The notes below the pieces were generated by a model. It worked only from the letters and a program-made list of their open reading frames with translations, made no database searches and had not been told where the DNA came from. Shown here one piece after another: positions 46,772 to 57,015 of a stretch of DNA of 64,000 nucleotides. A program made the translations under genes and the position numbers. Source of the DNA: a virus (taxonomy: Duplodnaviria > Caudoviricetes); IMG/VR virus record IMGVR_UViG_3300032038_000010, positions 32,001 through 96,000 of that record; one strand, written 5' to 3'. How positions within the stretch are numbered: the stretch's first letter is position 1; each line of letters begins with the position of its first letter.

Positions 46772-47593
46772 ATGGCAATCAATATAATTAAAAAAACTGG
46801 AACTCATGGTATGTATCATAAAGCAAGACAAATTAAATATCTTGTAATTCACTATACCGCTGGAGTAACATCAAAAGTAGGCGCAGCTAGGAATACTGCA
46901 TCTTGGTTTTCAAATCCTAACGCGGGAGGAACTGCAGATTTCATTGTAGATGATGGTGAAATTGTGCAATATAACCCAGATCCTTTAAACTATGCTTGCT
47001 GGGCTGTTGGCGGCAGTAAGTACAATAATAAGGGTGGGAAGCTATATAAAGTAGCTACGAACATGAATTGTATTTCTATTGAAATTTGTAGCTCTAACAA
47101 AACAGGCAAAGCGACTACTCCGAATGATAAAAACTGGTATTTTACTGATGCCGCAATTAATAATGCTATAAAGTTATCAAAATATTTGATGCAGAAATAT
47201 AATATTCCAGCGAGCAGAGTAATTCGCCACTATGATGTTACTGGTAAGCTTTGTCCTGGCATTTATGGGTGGAATGCAAATTCTGGCTCTGAAGCCACTT
47301 GGAATAATTTTAAATCAAGACTTGGCGGCGGTGCCTCTGTAACGCCCCCTACTCCAGCTCAACCATCTGCTCAACCGGCTGCCGCAAATACTGTACCAAG
47401 TGGTTCATTTACTGTAGAAGTATTAGTAAATGATTTAAATATTAGAAAAACTCCTAACGGAGAAAAAACTGGTAAAGTAACGGGCAAAGGTAAGTTTACT
47501 ATTGTTCAAACTCAAAACGGATGGGGACTGTTAAAATCTTATGCAAAAAATAAAAATGGTTGGATTAATTTGAAATATACAAAAAGGGTATAA
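46772..47593 (+). CDS. Endolysin: N-acetylmuramoyl-L-alanine amidase (Amidase_2) plus an SH3-like binding domain
   Basis: VIHYT, SIEIC and IRHYDVTGKLCP motifs; Pro/Ala linker; LNIRK...WG.L...GWI.L.YT. Confidence 0.9.
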   Translation: MAINIIKKTGTHGMYHKARQIKYLVIHYTAGVTSKVGAARNTASWFSNPNAGGTADFIVDDGEIVQYNPDPLNYACWAVGGSKYNNKGGKLYKVATNMNCISIEICSSNKTGKATTPNDKNWYFTDAAINNAIKLSKYLMQKYNIPASRVIRHYDVTGKLCPGIYGWNANSGSEATWNNFKSRLGGGASVTPPTPAQPSAQPAAANTVPSGSFTVEVLVNDLNIRKTPNGEKTGKVTGKGKFTIVQTQNGWGLLKSYAKNKNGWINLKYTKRV

Positions 47594-47601
47594 ATAATAA
47601 T

Positions 47602-47629
47602 ATGGGCTTATGCTTCTGCATAAGCCCAT
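47602..47629. terminator. Terminator-like hairpin after the endolysin
   Basis: ATGGGCTTATGC-ttct-GCATAAGCCCAT. Confidence 0.7.
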
Positions 47630-47760
47630 TTATATCCATTTTGCCCAACCTACCCCACAGGAATAGTTTATTATATTAATAGACTATTCCATTTTTTTTG
47701 TTTCTATTTTTAACAAAATTTTTATTTGGAAACATATAGAACTCTATAATCTAAAAAATT

Positions 47761-47789
47761 TTGACAAATACAAAAAAATCTGATATAAT
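47761..47789 (+). promoter_or_regulatory. sigmaA-type promoter for gyrB
   Basis: TTGACA-17 nt-TATAAT with TG extension. Confidence 0.8.
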
Positions 47790-47823
47790 ATATTTATAAA
47801 AATAATATAGAAAGGAATATTTT

Positions 47824-50795
47824 ATGGCTACTGATAAAACTCTATATACAGATAAATCGATCGAATCACTCAGCCCCTTAGAGTTCACCAGACTCAGACC
47901 TCAGGTGTATGCAGGTGACTGCTCATATAGCACACAGCTCCTGGTCGAAATTGTTTCTAACGCTATTGATGAGTTCCGACTTGGTCATGGTTCTAAAATT
48001 GAAGTTAATATAAATAAAGATATTGTTTATGTTCGAGATTATGGACAAGGTTTTCTTGTCAACTCAATGAGAGACGATGGTAAGACTGTCCTTGAAGCTG
48101 CGTTTAGTATATTAAATACATCTGGTAAATATCGTGATGATGGAACTTATGAAGGAACTTCTCTTGGTTCTTTTGGTATTGGTTCTAAAATTACGACTTT
48201 TCTTTCTCATCATACTGAAGTTGAAACTTGGAGAGATGGACAGACTGAATCAATAGGCTTTACAGAAGGCGTTTTTAATGGCGATCGCAAGGTCGGCCCT
48301 TCAAAAGAACCGAATGGAACATATGTTCGGTGGCAGCCTTCAGAAGAGTTCTTCACGCATACTGAAGTTGAAATTGATAAAGTAAAGACACTTTTTAATA
48401 CATTAGTTTGCCTTTGTCCTGGTTTAACAATTGAATTAGATTATAATGGAAAGAAAACTACTTATGTATCACAGCATGGTCTCAATGACCTTGTAGATGA
48501 GGCTGTGAAAGATAAGGAACTTATTTCAAATCGTTTTAATATGAATTTTGCAGAAGGCAAAAATAAGATGGATATGGTTCTTACATATACATCTAATTAT
48601 TCTTCTACCATTATTCCTTATGTTAATACAGGCCTTACTGAATCTGGCCAGCATATTACACAGGTCAAAACAACACTAACTCGTGTATTTAATAAATTCT
48701 TTAAAGAAAAGAAATGGCTTAAAAATAAAGATGAAAACTTAACAGGCGATGATATTCAAGAAGGAATGTATATTGTATTTAATATTACAGCTCCTAACGT
48801 TGGATATGACGCACAGGTTAAGTCAAGAATTACTAAAATTGATATGGCTCCATTTACTGGGATGTTATCTGAAAATCTTGAATATTGGCTTAATAACAAT
48901 GAAAAAGAAATTAAGCAGATATTTGATAAAGCAGCATCCGCAAAGAAAGCAAGAGAAGCTGCAAAGAAAGCAAGAGAAAGAGTTCGTGAACAAGGTAAGA
49001 AGAAAGAAAAAGCACTCAAGTTCGATTCTAAACTTGCAGATTGCTGGTCTAAAGACCGCTCTAAATGTGAAATTTATGTTACCGAAGGTGATAGCGCTAG
49101 TGGTAATTTGAAAACTGCTCGTAACAATGAATTTCAAGCAGTATTACCTGTCCGTGGTAAAATTCTTAACGTAAGGAAAGCTTCACTTGAGAAAATTCAA
49201 AAAAACGCAGAGATTATGACAATGATTGAAGCTTTTGGTCTTAAAGTTGATTTAAAGACAATGAAATTGACATATGACCCAGCTGATTTGAGATACGACA
49301 AGATCATTATTGAATCGGACGCAGATGTAGATGGTGAACCAAGTGTTAGTGCCAATGAAAAACTTTACGCTTAATCAGGCGGGTAATGCTTTTGGGCAAA
49401 ACATATTTATGTGATCCATACGGATTTCATATAAATATGAAAGAGAAAAAGCATTGCTAACGGGGCATCCTAAACTATTAAGCATGGAAATCCCGTGGGA
49501 AACTTATATTTATCCATTTCTCTTTCAATTAAATATAAAAATGGGGGAGAAATACAATGATTGGTATTTATAAAATTATTGATAAAGATGACCCAACAAA
49601 ATTTTATGTTGGTCAATCAAATGATATTGAAAGGCGTATTAAAGAACATATCCAAAAATCATATAAACAATCACGAATCCCATTTGATGATTATATTAAT
49701 CAGAGAGGGAAAGAAAACTTCACTTTTGAAGTTTTAGAAGAATGTTCATTAAATGAATTAAATGAAAAAGAAAGATATTGGATACAAAAATTAAATGCAA
49801 CATCTTCTGGTAACAAATTTAATGGTGGTACTACTAATGTAATTGGAGAAAATAATCCAAGAGCAAAATTAACTGAAGAAGATGTAAAAATTATCCGTAC
49901 TGCTTATAAAAATCATTTAAAACAAAAAGATGTATACGAACAATTTAAAGATAAAATTTCATTTGGATATTTTCAAAATGTGTGGCAGGGAAAATCTTGG
50001 TCACATATAATGCCTGAAGTTTTTACAAAAGAAAATAAAAAATATTATATATACCAAAATAGTAATGGCTCTCAAGGAGCAAGCGCACAATTTACTGACG
50101 ATGAAGTTATAACAATTCGTCAAAGATATGTAAATGAAAGCGCAAAACAAATTTACGAAGATTATAAAGATCGAGTAAAATATCAAACTTTTCAAGCTTT
50201 ATTATGGGGAAGAAGTTATAAAAATCTTCCAATCTATAAAAAGAAAGAAAAGAAATGGATAAATATTTGAACCTGTATCGACTATCTCCTTTGCCTTCTG
50301 GGCGGGAGAGTAGGGCTGCTATTGATACGCAGTTCGAAATGGTTTCCTCTCTATCATGAGAGTAAAAGATAGTCAGTGCTAATGGAAACATTAGATAACA
50401 CGGCCCATATCAAGAACCTATTTTATACCTTTATCTGGACTTTCTGTCCTCAACTAATCCTGGATGGTCATGTCTACGCAGGCGTGCCGCCGCTTTACAA
50501 GATTACAGAAACAAAAGATAAGTATGTATATCTTAAAGATGATGCCGCACTTATTGAATACAGAAATAATCATAAAGGTAAAAAGTACCAGGTTAATCGC
50601 CTCAAGGGACTAGGGGAGATGTCCGCAGACGAGACCTCTATCCTCGTAGAGGCCGATCAGAGAATTATTAGACAGGTTACAGTGGCAGACATTGATATTG
50701 CTAATAAACTGTTTGATGATTTAATGGGAACGGCAATTCTTCCTCGTAAAAAATATATTCAAGAACATTCAAAAGAAGCGACGTATAATGTTTAA
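47824..50795 (+). CDS. gyrB: DNA gyrase/type IIA topoisomerase subunit B, spliced: exon 1 47824-49335, exon 2 50403-50795, 634 aa
   Basis: GHKL motifs (EIVSNAIDE, DYGQG), EGDSA and PVRGKILN. Splicing restores DADVDG|AHI. Exon 2 has PPLY and RLKGLGEM. Confidence 0.92.
49336..50402 (+). mobile_element. Group I intron in gyrB
   Basis: Exon ends GGT (U) and the intron ends in G. R-like TATCGACTA at ~50276, S-like AAGATAGTC at ~50366, Q-like AAATCCCGTGGG at ~49488. Confidence 0.85.
49557..50270 (+). CDS. Intron-encoded GIY-YIG homing endonuclease, 237 aa
   Basis: GIYKI...FYVGQS.DI.RR...E plus two HTH-like repeats (AKLTEEDV..IR and AQFTDDEV..IR). Confidence 0.88.
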   Translation: MIGIYKIIDKDDPTKFYVGQSNDIERRIKEHIQKSYKQSRIPFDDYINQRGKENFTFEVLEECSLNELNEKERYWIQKLNATSSGNKFNGGTTNVIGENNPRAKLTEEDVKIIRTAYKNHLKQKDVYEQFKDKISFGYFQNVWQGKSWSHIMPEVFTKENKKYYIYQNSNGSQGASAQFTDDEVITIRQRYVNESAKQIYEDYKDRVKYQTFQALLWGRSYKNLPIYKKKEKKWINI

Positions 50796-50883
50796 AATAT
50801 TTTATGCATTTTTAGTCAAAATTGACAAAAATAGTCTACTTAATTTTAAAGTATATTAATAGACAAAGGAAGGAGAGTCAATT

Positions 50884-51783
50884 ATGACTAAAGAAGAATT
50901 TTGTCAACAATATGGATATAGTTTACAAACTTTAAAAACTAGTTTTAATAGAACTAAAGAATCCTTATCGCATAAAGGATACATATTAACAAGGGAGGGA
51001 AGTTGGCCAAATGCCAATTATACTGTAGTTGAAGATAAAAGTTTAATTCCTCCTAAAAAAATTACATTAAGTACACGATTAATTGGACAAAGATTTGGAC
51101 ATTTAACTGTATTAAAAGATACTGGGAAAAGATTTTATCGAAGTATTGTATGGGATTGTGTATGTGATTGCGGAAGACATCATGAAGCAACATCTAATAA
51201 TTTAAGTGGTGGGCATGTTAAAAGTTGTGCTAATATGGATTGTCCTTATAGCAAAACCTATGATGATTTAACTAATCAAAAATTTGGTTTATTAACAGCT
51301 TTATATCCGACAAGTATGAAAGATGGATCTCATATGTACTGGATGTGCAAGTGTGATTGTGGTAATTTAAAAGAAGTATCTTCTAGCTCATTAAAATCTC
51401 ATACAGTACAATCTTGCGGATGTTTAAAACAATCTGTAGGAGAATTAAATATTAAAAAAATTTTAGAACAAAATAATATTAATTTTTGTGAACAATATAC
51501 TTTTGCAGATTTAAAAAATAAAAAACCTTTACGATTTGATTTTGCTATTTTTAAAGACAATCAATTATTTAGACTAGTTGAATTTGATGGTATTCAACAT
51601 TATGAAGAACAAGCATATTTTTCTCATTCACTCGCAGAAATTCAACAAAATGATAAAATAAAGAATGAATATTGTCAACAGCATAATATAATTTTAGTAC
51701 GTATTCCATATTGGGAACGAGACAATATAACTTTAGATATGATAATGGGAGATAAATATATATATGGATCAACAACAAATTGA
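50884..51783 (+). CDS. Free-standing homing endonuclease (CxCxCG repeats plus Vsr/EDxHD-like domain), 299 aa
   Basis: WDCVCDCG, WMCKCDCG...SCGC and LRFDFA...VEFDGIQHY...ND.IK..YC...RIPY. Overlaps the gyrA start by 20 nt. Confidence 0.78.
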   Translation: MTKEEFCQQYGYSLQTLKTSFNRTKESLSHKGYILTREGSWPNANYTVVEDKSLIPPKKITLSTRLIGQRFGHLTVLKDTGKRFYRSIVWDCVCDCGRHHEATSNNLSGGHVKSCANMDCPYSKTYDDLTNQKFGLLTALYPTSMKDGSHMYWMCKCDCGNLKEVSSSSLKSHTVQSCGCLKQSVGELNIKKILEQNNINFCEQYTFADLKNKKPLRFDFAIFKDNQLFRLVEFDGIQHYEEQAYFSHSLAEIQQNDKIKNEYCQQHNIILVRIPYWERDNITLDMIMGDKYIYGSTTN

Positions 51784-54106
51784 ATTAAATCACGAATTGG
51801 GTGCTAACTTTATTGAATATGCTGCAGCCTGTAATACAGATAGAGCTATTCCAGACGCAAAATGCGGTTTGAAGCCAGTGGCACGCCGTATACTCTACGG
51901 AGCTCTTGAGGGTGGAAGAGTTTCATCCAAGCCTTATGTTAAGAGTGCTAGAATTGTTGGTGATGTAATGGGACAGTTACATCCGCATGGAGATTCTAGT
52001 ATTTATGGAGCATTAGTAAGACTAGCTCAAGATTGGGTAATGCGCTACCCTCTTATTGATTTTCACGGTAATGTTGGTAGTATTGGCGGAGACGGTCCTG
52101 CCGCATCTCGATATACAGAAGCAAGATTGTCAAAACTTAGCGAAGATGGATTGCTAATTGGATTAAAGAAGAAGAATGTTAATTTCGTACCAAATTATGA
52201 TGAAACTATGGAAGAGCCTGAAACTCTTCCAGCTATCTTCCCTAATCTTCTTTGCAATCCAAACAGCGGGATCGGCGTTGCTATAGCTTGTAACTGGGCG
52301 CCGCACAATCTTCGAGAAGTAGCTCAAGCTATTGAAGATTATATGGATGGGAAAACACCAGTTCTTCCTGGCCCTGATTTCCCAACGGGCGGTCAAATTA
52401 TAAATAAGAATGATATTCCTAATATCATGGCAACAGGTCATGGTAGTGTTAAAATTAGAGCAAGATATAAAGTAGAAAAAAATCAAATTATTTTCTATGA
52501 AATTCCGTATGGAACTACTATTGAAGGATTGATTGCAGAAGTCGGTGCAGCTTGCGATAATAAAGAACTTGAAGGTATTACTGACATCCATGATGAAAGT
52601 AATAAAAAAGGAATTAGAGTTGTTGTAACTTGTGATAAAGGAGTGTCACCAGACGCAATAGTACAGAAAATTTATCAAAAAACTAATTTTCAGACTTCAT
52701 TCTCATATAATCAAGTTGCTCTTGTCGATAAGACTCCTGTTGAGCTAAATCTGAAAGATTGCATTAAGATTTATATTCAGCATAATATTGATTGCTTAAT
52801 TAAAGAAAGCAATTTTGATTTAGAAAAAGCAAAAGCAAGACTAGAAGTAGTTGAAGGACTAATTAAAGCACTCGAAGATATTGATAATATTATCGCATTA
52901 ATTAAAAAATCAGAAAGTGCGGCCTCCGCTAAGACTATACTAATGGTTCAGTATAATTTTACTGAAAATCAGGCTAAAGCTATCCTTGCGATGAGATTAA
53001 GCTCTCTTGCTAAACTGGAAAAGGTTGAGCTGCAAGAAGAAAAGAAATCTCTTATTAGCCAAATTGAAGATTTAAATGACATTCTCATTAATAAAGAACG
53101 TCAGATTAATATTATCAGAGCTAGACTTGATACGCTAGTAAAAAAATATGGCGATGACCGTAGAACAGAACTCGCTCAAATTGATATTAAGCCAGAAGAT
53201 AAAGAAGTAGAAACTGTTATTCCTGAAGATGTAGTTGTTGTTGTAACTAAATCTGGTGATGTAAAAAGAATAGCAAAAAATAGCTTTAAGACTCAAAGAA
53301 AAAATGGTAAAGGTGTAAAAACTTTAGATGATGTTATTCTTACAACAATTTCTACTAATACTATTGATACACTAATGATTTTTACTAATAAAGGTAAAAT
53401 GTTTAGACTATTAGTAGATAATATACCAGCAGGAACAAATGCTTCAAAAGGACAAAATCTTGCTACAATTATTAAGATGGACTCTGATGAGAGTATTTCT
53501 GCGGTAACCTCTTTGCATCATCAAACTAATGCAGAATATGCAATCTTCTTTACAAAGAATGGTTTGATTAAGAAATCTGCTTTAACTGAGTATAAAAACA
53601 TCAAGAAAAGCACTGGTATTCAAGCTATTAAACTTAAAGATGGCGATGAATTAGTTAATGTAACCTTTTTAAAAGATGAACCTGTGATTGTTATTACTAA
53701 GAATGGCTTTGCAATCAAGTTTGATACTAAAGATATTGCTGCAACAGGTAGAGTCACAAGTGGAGTAAAAGCAATTAAATTAAGTGAAGATGATTCAGTT
53801 TTAATTGGATTGCCAATTAGTCCTAAAAAGAAATATTTAGCAATAGTATCAGCAAACGGAGTTGGAAAGAAAACAGATATTAATGAATTTCCACTTCAAG
53901 GCCGAGGCGGTAAAGGACTATTTGCTTATAAATCAGATAAACATATTGCAGGCGCCGCATTAGTCGATGATACTGATAGCGTCTTGATTCGCGGCGTCCC
54001 TAATTCAATATGTATCGCAGCTTCAGATTTGCCTCTTGTGAGTCGAATTGGAATTGGTAATATCCTTATTAAGAATACGAATGTTACTGGTGTAATTAAA
54101 TTATAA
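51764..54106 (+). CDS. gyrA: DNA gyrase subunit A
   Basis: GLKPVARR, HPHGDSSIY and catalytic AASRYTE motifs; beta-pinwheel CTD with a GyrA-box-like QRKNGKG. Confidence 0.92.
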   Translation: MDQQQIELNHELGANFIEYAAACNTDRAIPDAKCGLKPVARRILYGALEGGRVSSKPYVKSARIVGDVMGQLHPHGDSSIYGALVRLAQDWVMRYPLIDFHGNVGSIGGDGPAASRYTEARLSKLSEDGLLIGLKKKNVNFVPNYDETMEEPETLPAIFPNLLCNPNSGIGVAIACNWAPHNLREVAQAIEDYMDGKTPVLPGPDFPTGGQIINKNDIPNIMATGHGSVKIRARYKVEKNQIIFYEIPYGTTIEGLIAEVGAACDNKELEGITDIHDESNKKGIRVVVTCDKGVSPDAIVQKIYQKTNFQTSFSYNQVALVDKTPVELNLKDCIKIYIQHNIDCLIKESNFDLEKAKARLEVVEGLIKALEDIDNIIALIKKSESAASAKTILMVQYNFTENQAKAILAMRLSSLAKLEKVELQEEKKSLISQIEDLNDILINKERQINIIRARLDTLVKKYGDDRRTELAQIDIKPEDKEVETVIPEDVVVVVTKSGDVKRIAKNSFKTQRKNGKGVKTLDDVILTTISTNTIDTLMIFTNKGKMFRLLVDNIPAGTNASKGQNLATIIKMDSDESISAVTSLHHQTNAEYAIFFTKNGLIKKSALTEYKNIKKSTGIQAIKLKDGDELVNVTFLKDEPVIVITKNGFAIKFDTKDIAATGRVTSGVKAIKLSEDDSVLIGLPISPKKKYLAIVSANGVGKKTDINEFPLQGRGGKGLFAYKSDKHIAGAALVDDTDSVLIRGVPNSICIAASDLPLVSRIGIGNILIKNTNVTGVIKL

Positions 54107-54108
54107 TT

Positions 54109-54136
54109 AATGGTGCAGTCTTAAGACTGCACCATT
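54109..54136 (+). terminator. Rho-independent terminator after gyrA
   Basis: AATGGTGCAGTC-ttaa-GACTGCACCATT followed by Ts. Confidence 0.8.
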
Positions 54137-54185
54137 TTATTTTTATCAAAAATTATTATATAATATATATATAGAAATAAGAGAG

Positions 54186-54773
54186 GTGATAAATATGATT
54201 GATTGTTTATATCAACCATTTAAACATTGGGCAAATAATAAAGCTATTTGGATTTATAGTGATACTCATTTTGAAGATTCTGATTGCCATTTAATGGATT
54301 CAAATTGGATTACTCCAACTGAGCAAATCAAAATTTTAAATAGCCAAGCAGGTCGTAAAGATACTTTAATTTTACTTGGAGATATTGGAAATCCTGAATG
54401 GCTAAATAAACTTCATGCAAGCTATAAAATATTAATTACGGGCAATCATGATAAAGGAACATCAATATATAAATCTTATTTTGATGAAATATATAACGGG
54501 CCACTTTTAATAGCAGATAAAATTTTACTTAGCCATGAACCTATTAATGGATTAGATTGGTGCCTTAATATACATGGGCATGATCATGGCTCTAATGGCG
54601 GCCGCGTTAATTTAAATCATTATTGTGTTTGTTCAAATACTGTTCAATATAAAGCATTAAATTTAAATAGTTTTATTAAAAATGGAGGATTGGCACATAT
54701 TCCTTCAATTCATCGTTTAACAATTAATTATGCAACAGAACATAGTTTACATAAAGAGGTAGATAATGGATAA
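54186..54773 (+). CDS. Calcineurin-like phosphoesterase
   Basis: SDTHF, LGD, GNHD, SHEP and HGHDH motifs. Confidence 0.88.
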   Translation: MINMIDCLYQPFKHWANNKAIWIYSDTHFEDSDCHLMDSNWITPTEQIKILNSQAGRKDTLILLGDIGNPEWLNKLHASYKILITGNHDKGTSIYKSYFDEIYNGPLLIADKILLSHEPINGLDWCLNIHGHDHGSNGGRVNLNHYCVCSNTVQYKALNLNSFIKNGGLAHIPSIHRLTINYATEHSLHKEVDNG

Positions 54774-56691
54774 ATTAGAAATGGGAGCTTTGGTTAATAA
54801 ACTTAATAAATATACTGAAGCTTATGATGCAGGAACACCTCTTATTTCTGATAAAGAATGGGATGAATTATATTTTCAATTAGTGGAAGCAGAAAAAGAG
54901 ACTGGAATTATCTTACCTAATTCACCAACTCAGTCCATTCATTTTCAGACTGTTACTAAACTAAATAAAGTAAAACATAATCATCCAATGCTTTCATTAG
55001 ATAAAACAAAAGATGCTAATACAATTCAATCGTTCCTTGGAGAAAAAGATTGGATTGCTATGTGTAAAATGGATGGATTAACTTGTTCTTTAAAATATGA
55101 AGATGGAAAATTAGTTAGCGCGGAGACAAGAGGAAATGGAGAAATAGGAGAAGATATACTCCATAATGCACTTTGTGTAAAATCTATTCCTCATAGTATT
55201 CCATTTAAAGATGAACTAATTGTAGATGGAGAAATAATTTGCACTTATAATAATTTTAAACTATTTTCTGAACAGTATAAAAATCCAAGAAATTTTGCAT
55301 CGGGCAGTATAAGATTGCTTGATTCAAAGGAATGTTTTAAACGTAATCTTGATTTTATTGCTTGGGATGCTATTACTAATTTTGCAAGTACATTATCTAT
55401 CAAATTACTTATATTGCAATCTTATGGTTTTACTGTTGTACCAAGAATTATCAAAGATGATTCAATTACAATAGAAGACGCTATTAATGAACTTCAAGAA
55501 AGAGCAAATGAGTCATCATATCCAATTGATGGCATTGTATTTAAATATGATTTAGTAACAGATTATAATGCGGCAGGCCGCACAGACCATCATTTTAAGG
55601 GTGGAATGGCATATAAATTTTATGATGAAACTTATTCCACTAATTTAAAATATATTGATTGGACAATGGGGAAAACAGGTATTCTTTCTCCTGTTGCTGT
55701 ATTTAATCCAGTAGATATTGATGGTACTACTGTAGAAAGAGCTTCTTTACATAATATTAGTATTATGCAAGAAACAATGGGTATTCCTTATGAGGGAGAA
55801 GCTCTTGAAATCTTTAAAAGTAATCAAATCATTCCGCAGGTATATTCTGCTGAAAAGAAAAATGATATTATACCTTTAGAGATACCTAAGATTTGTCCTA
55901 TATGCGGTCAGCCTACTGAAATTAAAGAAGATGGTATTGCTAAAATATTATATTGCTCAAATCCTAATTGTGAAGGTAAACTATTAAATCAATTAGACCA
56001 TTTTTGTGGTAAAAAAGGATTAGATATTAAAGGATTATCAAAAGCAACACTATCTAAACTAATTGATTGGAATTGGGTGTCTTATTTTAAAGATATTTAT
56101 AGATTAAATGAACATAAAAAAGAATGGATACAGAAACCTGGATTTGGTGATAAATCTGTTCAAAATATTTTAAATGCAATAGAAGAAAGTAGAAAACCAG
56201 AATTATGGCGAGTGATTGCGGCCGCCTCTATTCCAAATATAGGTGGAGTTGCATCTAAAGAATTAGCTAGTTATTTTAAAACTTATGCTAATTTTAGAAA
56301 AGCAGTTGAAGATAATTTTGATTTTACTCAACTAGAAGATTTTGGAGAAGTCGCAAATTATGATATTTTGAATTTTAATTATACAAATATTGATGATGTA
56401 GTATCTTATGCTTTTGAAATTCAAGACGCGGCGGCCGCCCCTCAGGAGATGTCGCTAGACAAGGTTCAGTTTTGTATCACTGGTAAATTACAGCATTTTA
56501 AAAATAGGGACGAATTAAAAGCAAAGATTGAGTCTCTTGGCGGTAAAGTAACTGGATCAGTATCAAGCAAAACTAATTATCTTATTAATAATGATATTAA
56601 TTCAACTAGTGGTAAAAATAAGACAGCTAAATCTCTTAATGTTCCAATCATTAGTGAAGATGACTTCCTGCAAATGGTATCTTCTAATTGA
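54766..56691 (+). CDS. ligA: NAD-dependent DNA ligase
   Basis: H..PMLSL, KMDG, TRGNG..GE, NPRN.ASG, Zn finger, HhH and BRCT. Confidence 0.95.
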   Translation: MDKLEMGALVNKLNKYTEAYDAGTPLISDKEWDELYFQLVEAEKETGIILPNSPTQSIHFQTVTKLNKVKHNHPMLSLDKTKDANTIQSFLGEKDWIAMCKMDGLTCSLKYEDGKLVSAETRGNGEIGEDILHNALCVKSIPHSIPFKDELIVDGEIICTYNNFKLFSEQYKNPRNFASGSIRLLDSKECFKRNLDFIAWDAITNFASTLSIKLLILQSYGFTVVPRIIKDDSITIEDAINELQERANESSYPIDGIVFKYDLVTDYNAAGRTDHHFKGGMAYKFYDETYSTNLKYIDWTMGKTGILSPVAVFNPVDIDGTTVERASLHNISIMQETMGIPYEGEALEIFKSNQIIPQVYSAEKKNDIIPLEIPKICPICGQPTEIKEDGIAKILYCSNPNCEGKLLNQLDHFCGKKGLDIKGLSKATLSKLIDWNWVSYFKDIYRLNEHKKEWIQKPGFGDKSVQNILNAIEESRKPELWRVIAAASIPNIGGVASKELASYFKTYANFRKAVEDNFDFTQLEDFGEVANYDILNFNYTNIDDVVSYAFEIQDAAAAPQEMSLDKVQFCITGKLQHFKNRDELKAKIESLGGKVTGSVSSKTNYLINNDINSTSGKNKTAKSLNVPIISEDDFLQMVSSN

Positions 56692-56727
56692 AAGTTATGA
56701 AAAATTTTGATATAATATATTTAAGAA

Positions 56728-56910
56728 ATGAATAAGAGAGAACAAAAAAAAATCGCTAATCGAGTAGCGAAACTCGAAAGGAATATATCATTGGGCAAAA
56801 ATGTTAAAGAAGCTCAAGCTGAAATTGAAAATATAATGACTACCCTTTCGATAGAAGATTTTATTTACATTGATAATTATATTCAAGAAATATTTTCATT
56901 GACAAAGTGA
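56728..56910 (+). CDS. Hypothetical protein, 60 aa
   Basis: ORF track; starts just after a sigmaA-like -10 box, so possibly leaderless. Confidence 0.6.
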   Translation: MNKREQKKIANRVAKLERNISLGKNVKEAQAEIENIMTTLSIEDFIYIDNYIQEIFSLTK

Positions 56911-56927
56911 AAAATTTTTGATATAAT
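56899..56927 (+). promoter_or_regulatory. sigmaA-type promoter
   Basis: TTGACA-17 nt-TATAAT with TG. Confidence 0.8.
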
Positions 56928-57015
56928 ATATATATAATAAAGGAAGAAAATTATTAAACTACTACTTCCAATATTAAAAACTACTAATAATAATTTTTTT
57001 AAGGAGAAAACAACT

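Noticed and set aside
47824-49374. gyrB as a truncated 516-aa gene plus a separate 139-aa ORF
   Set aside because: Better explained by a group I intron; splicing restores DADVDG-AHI.
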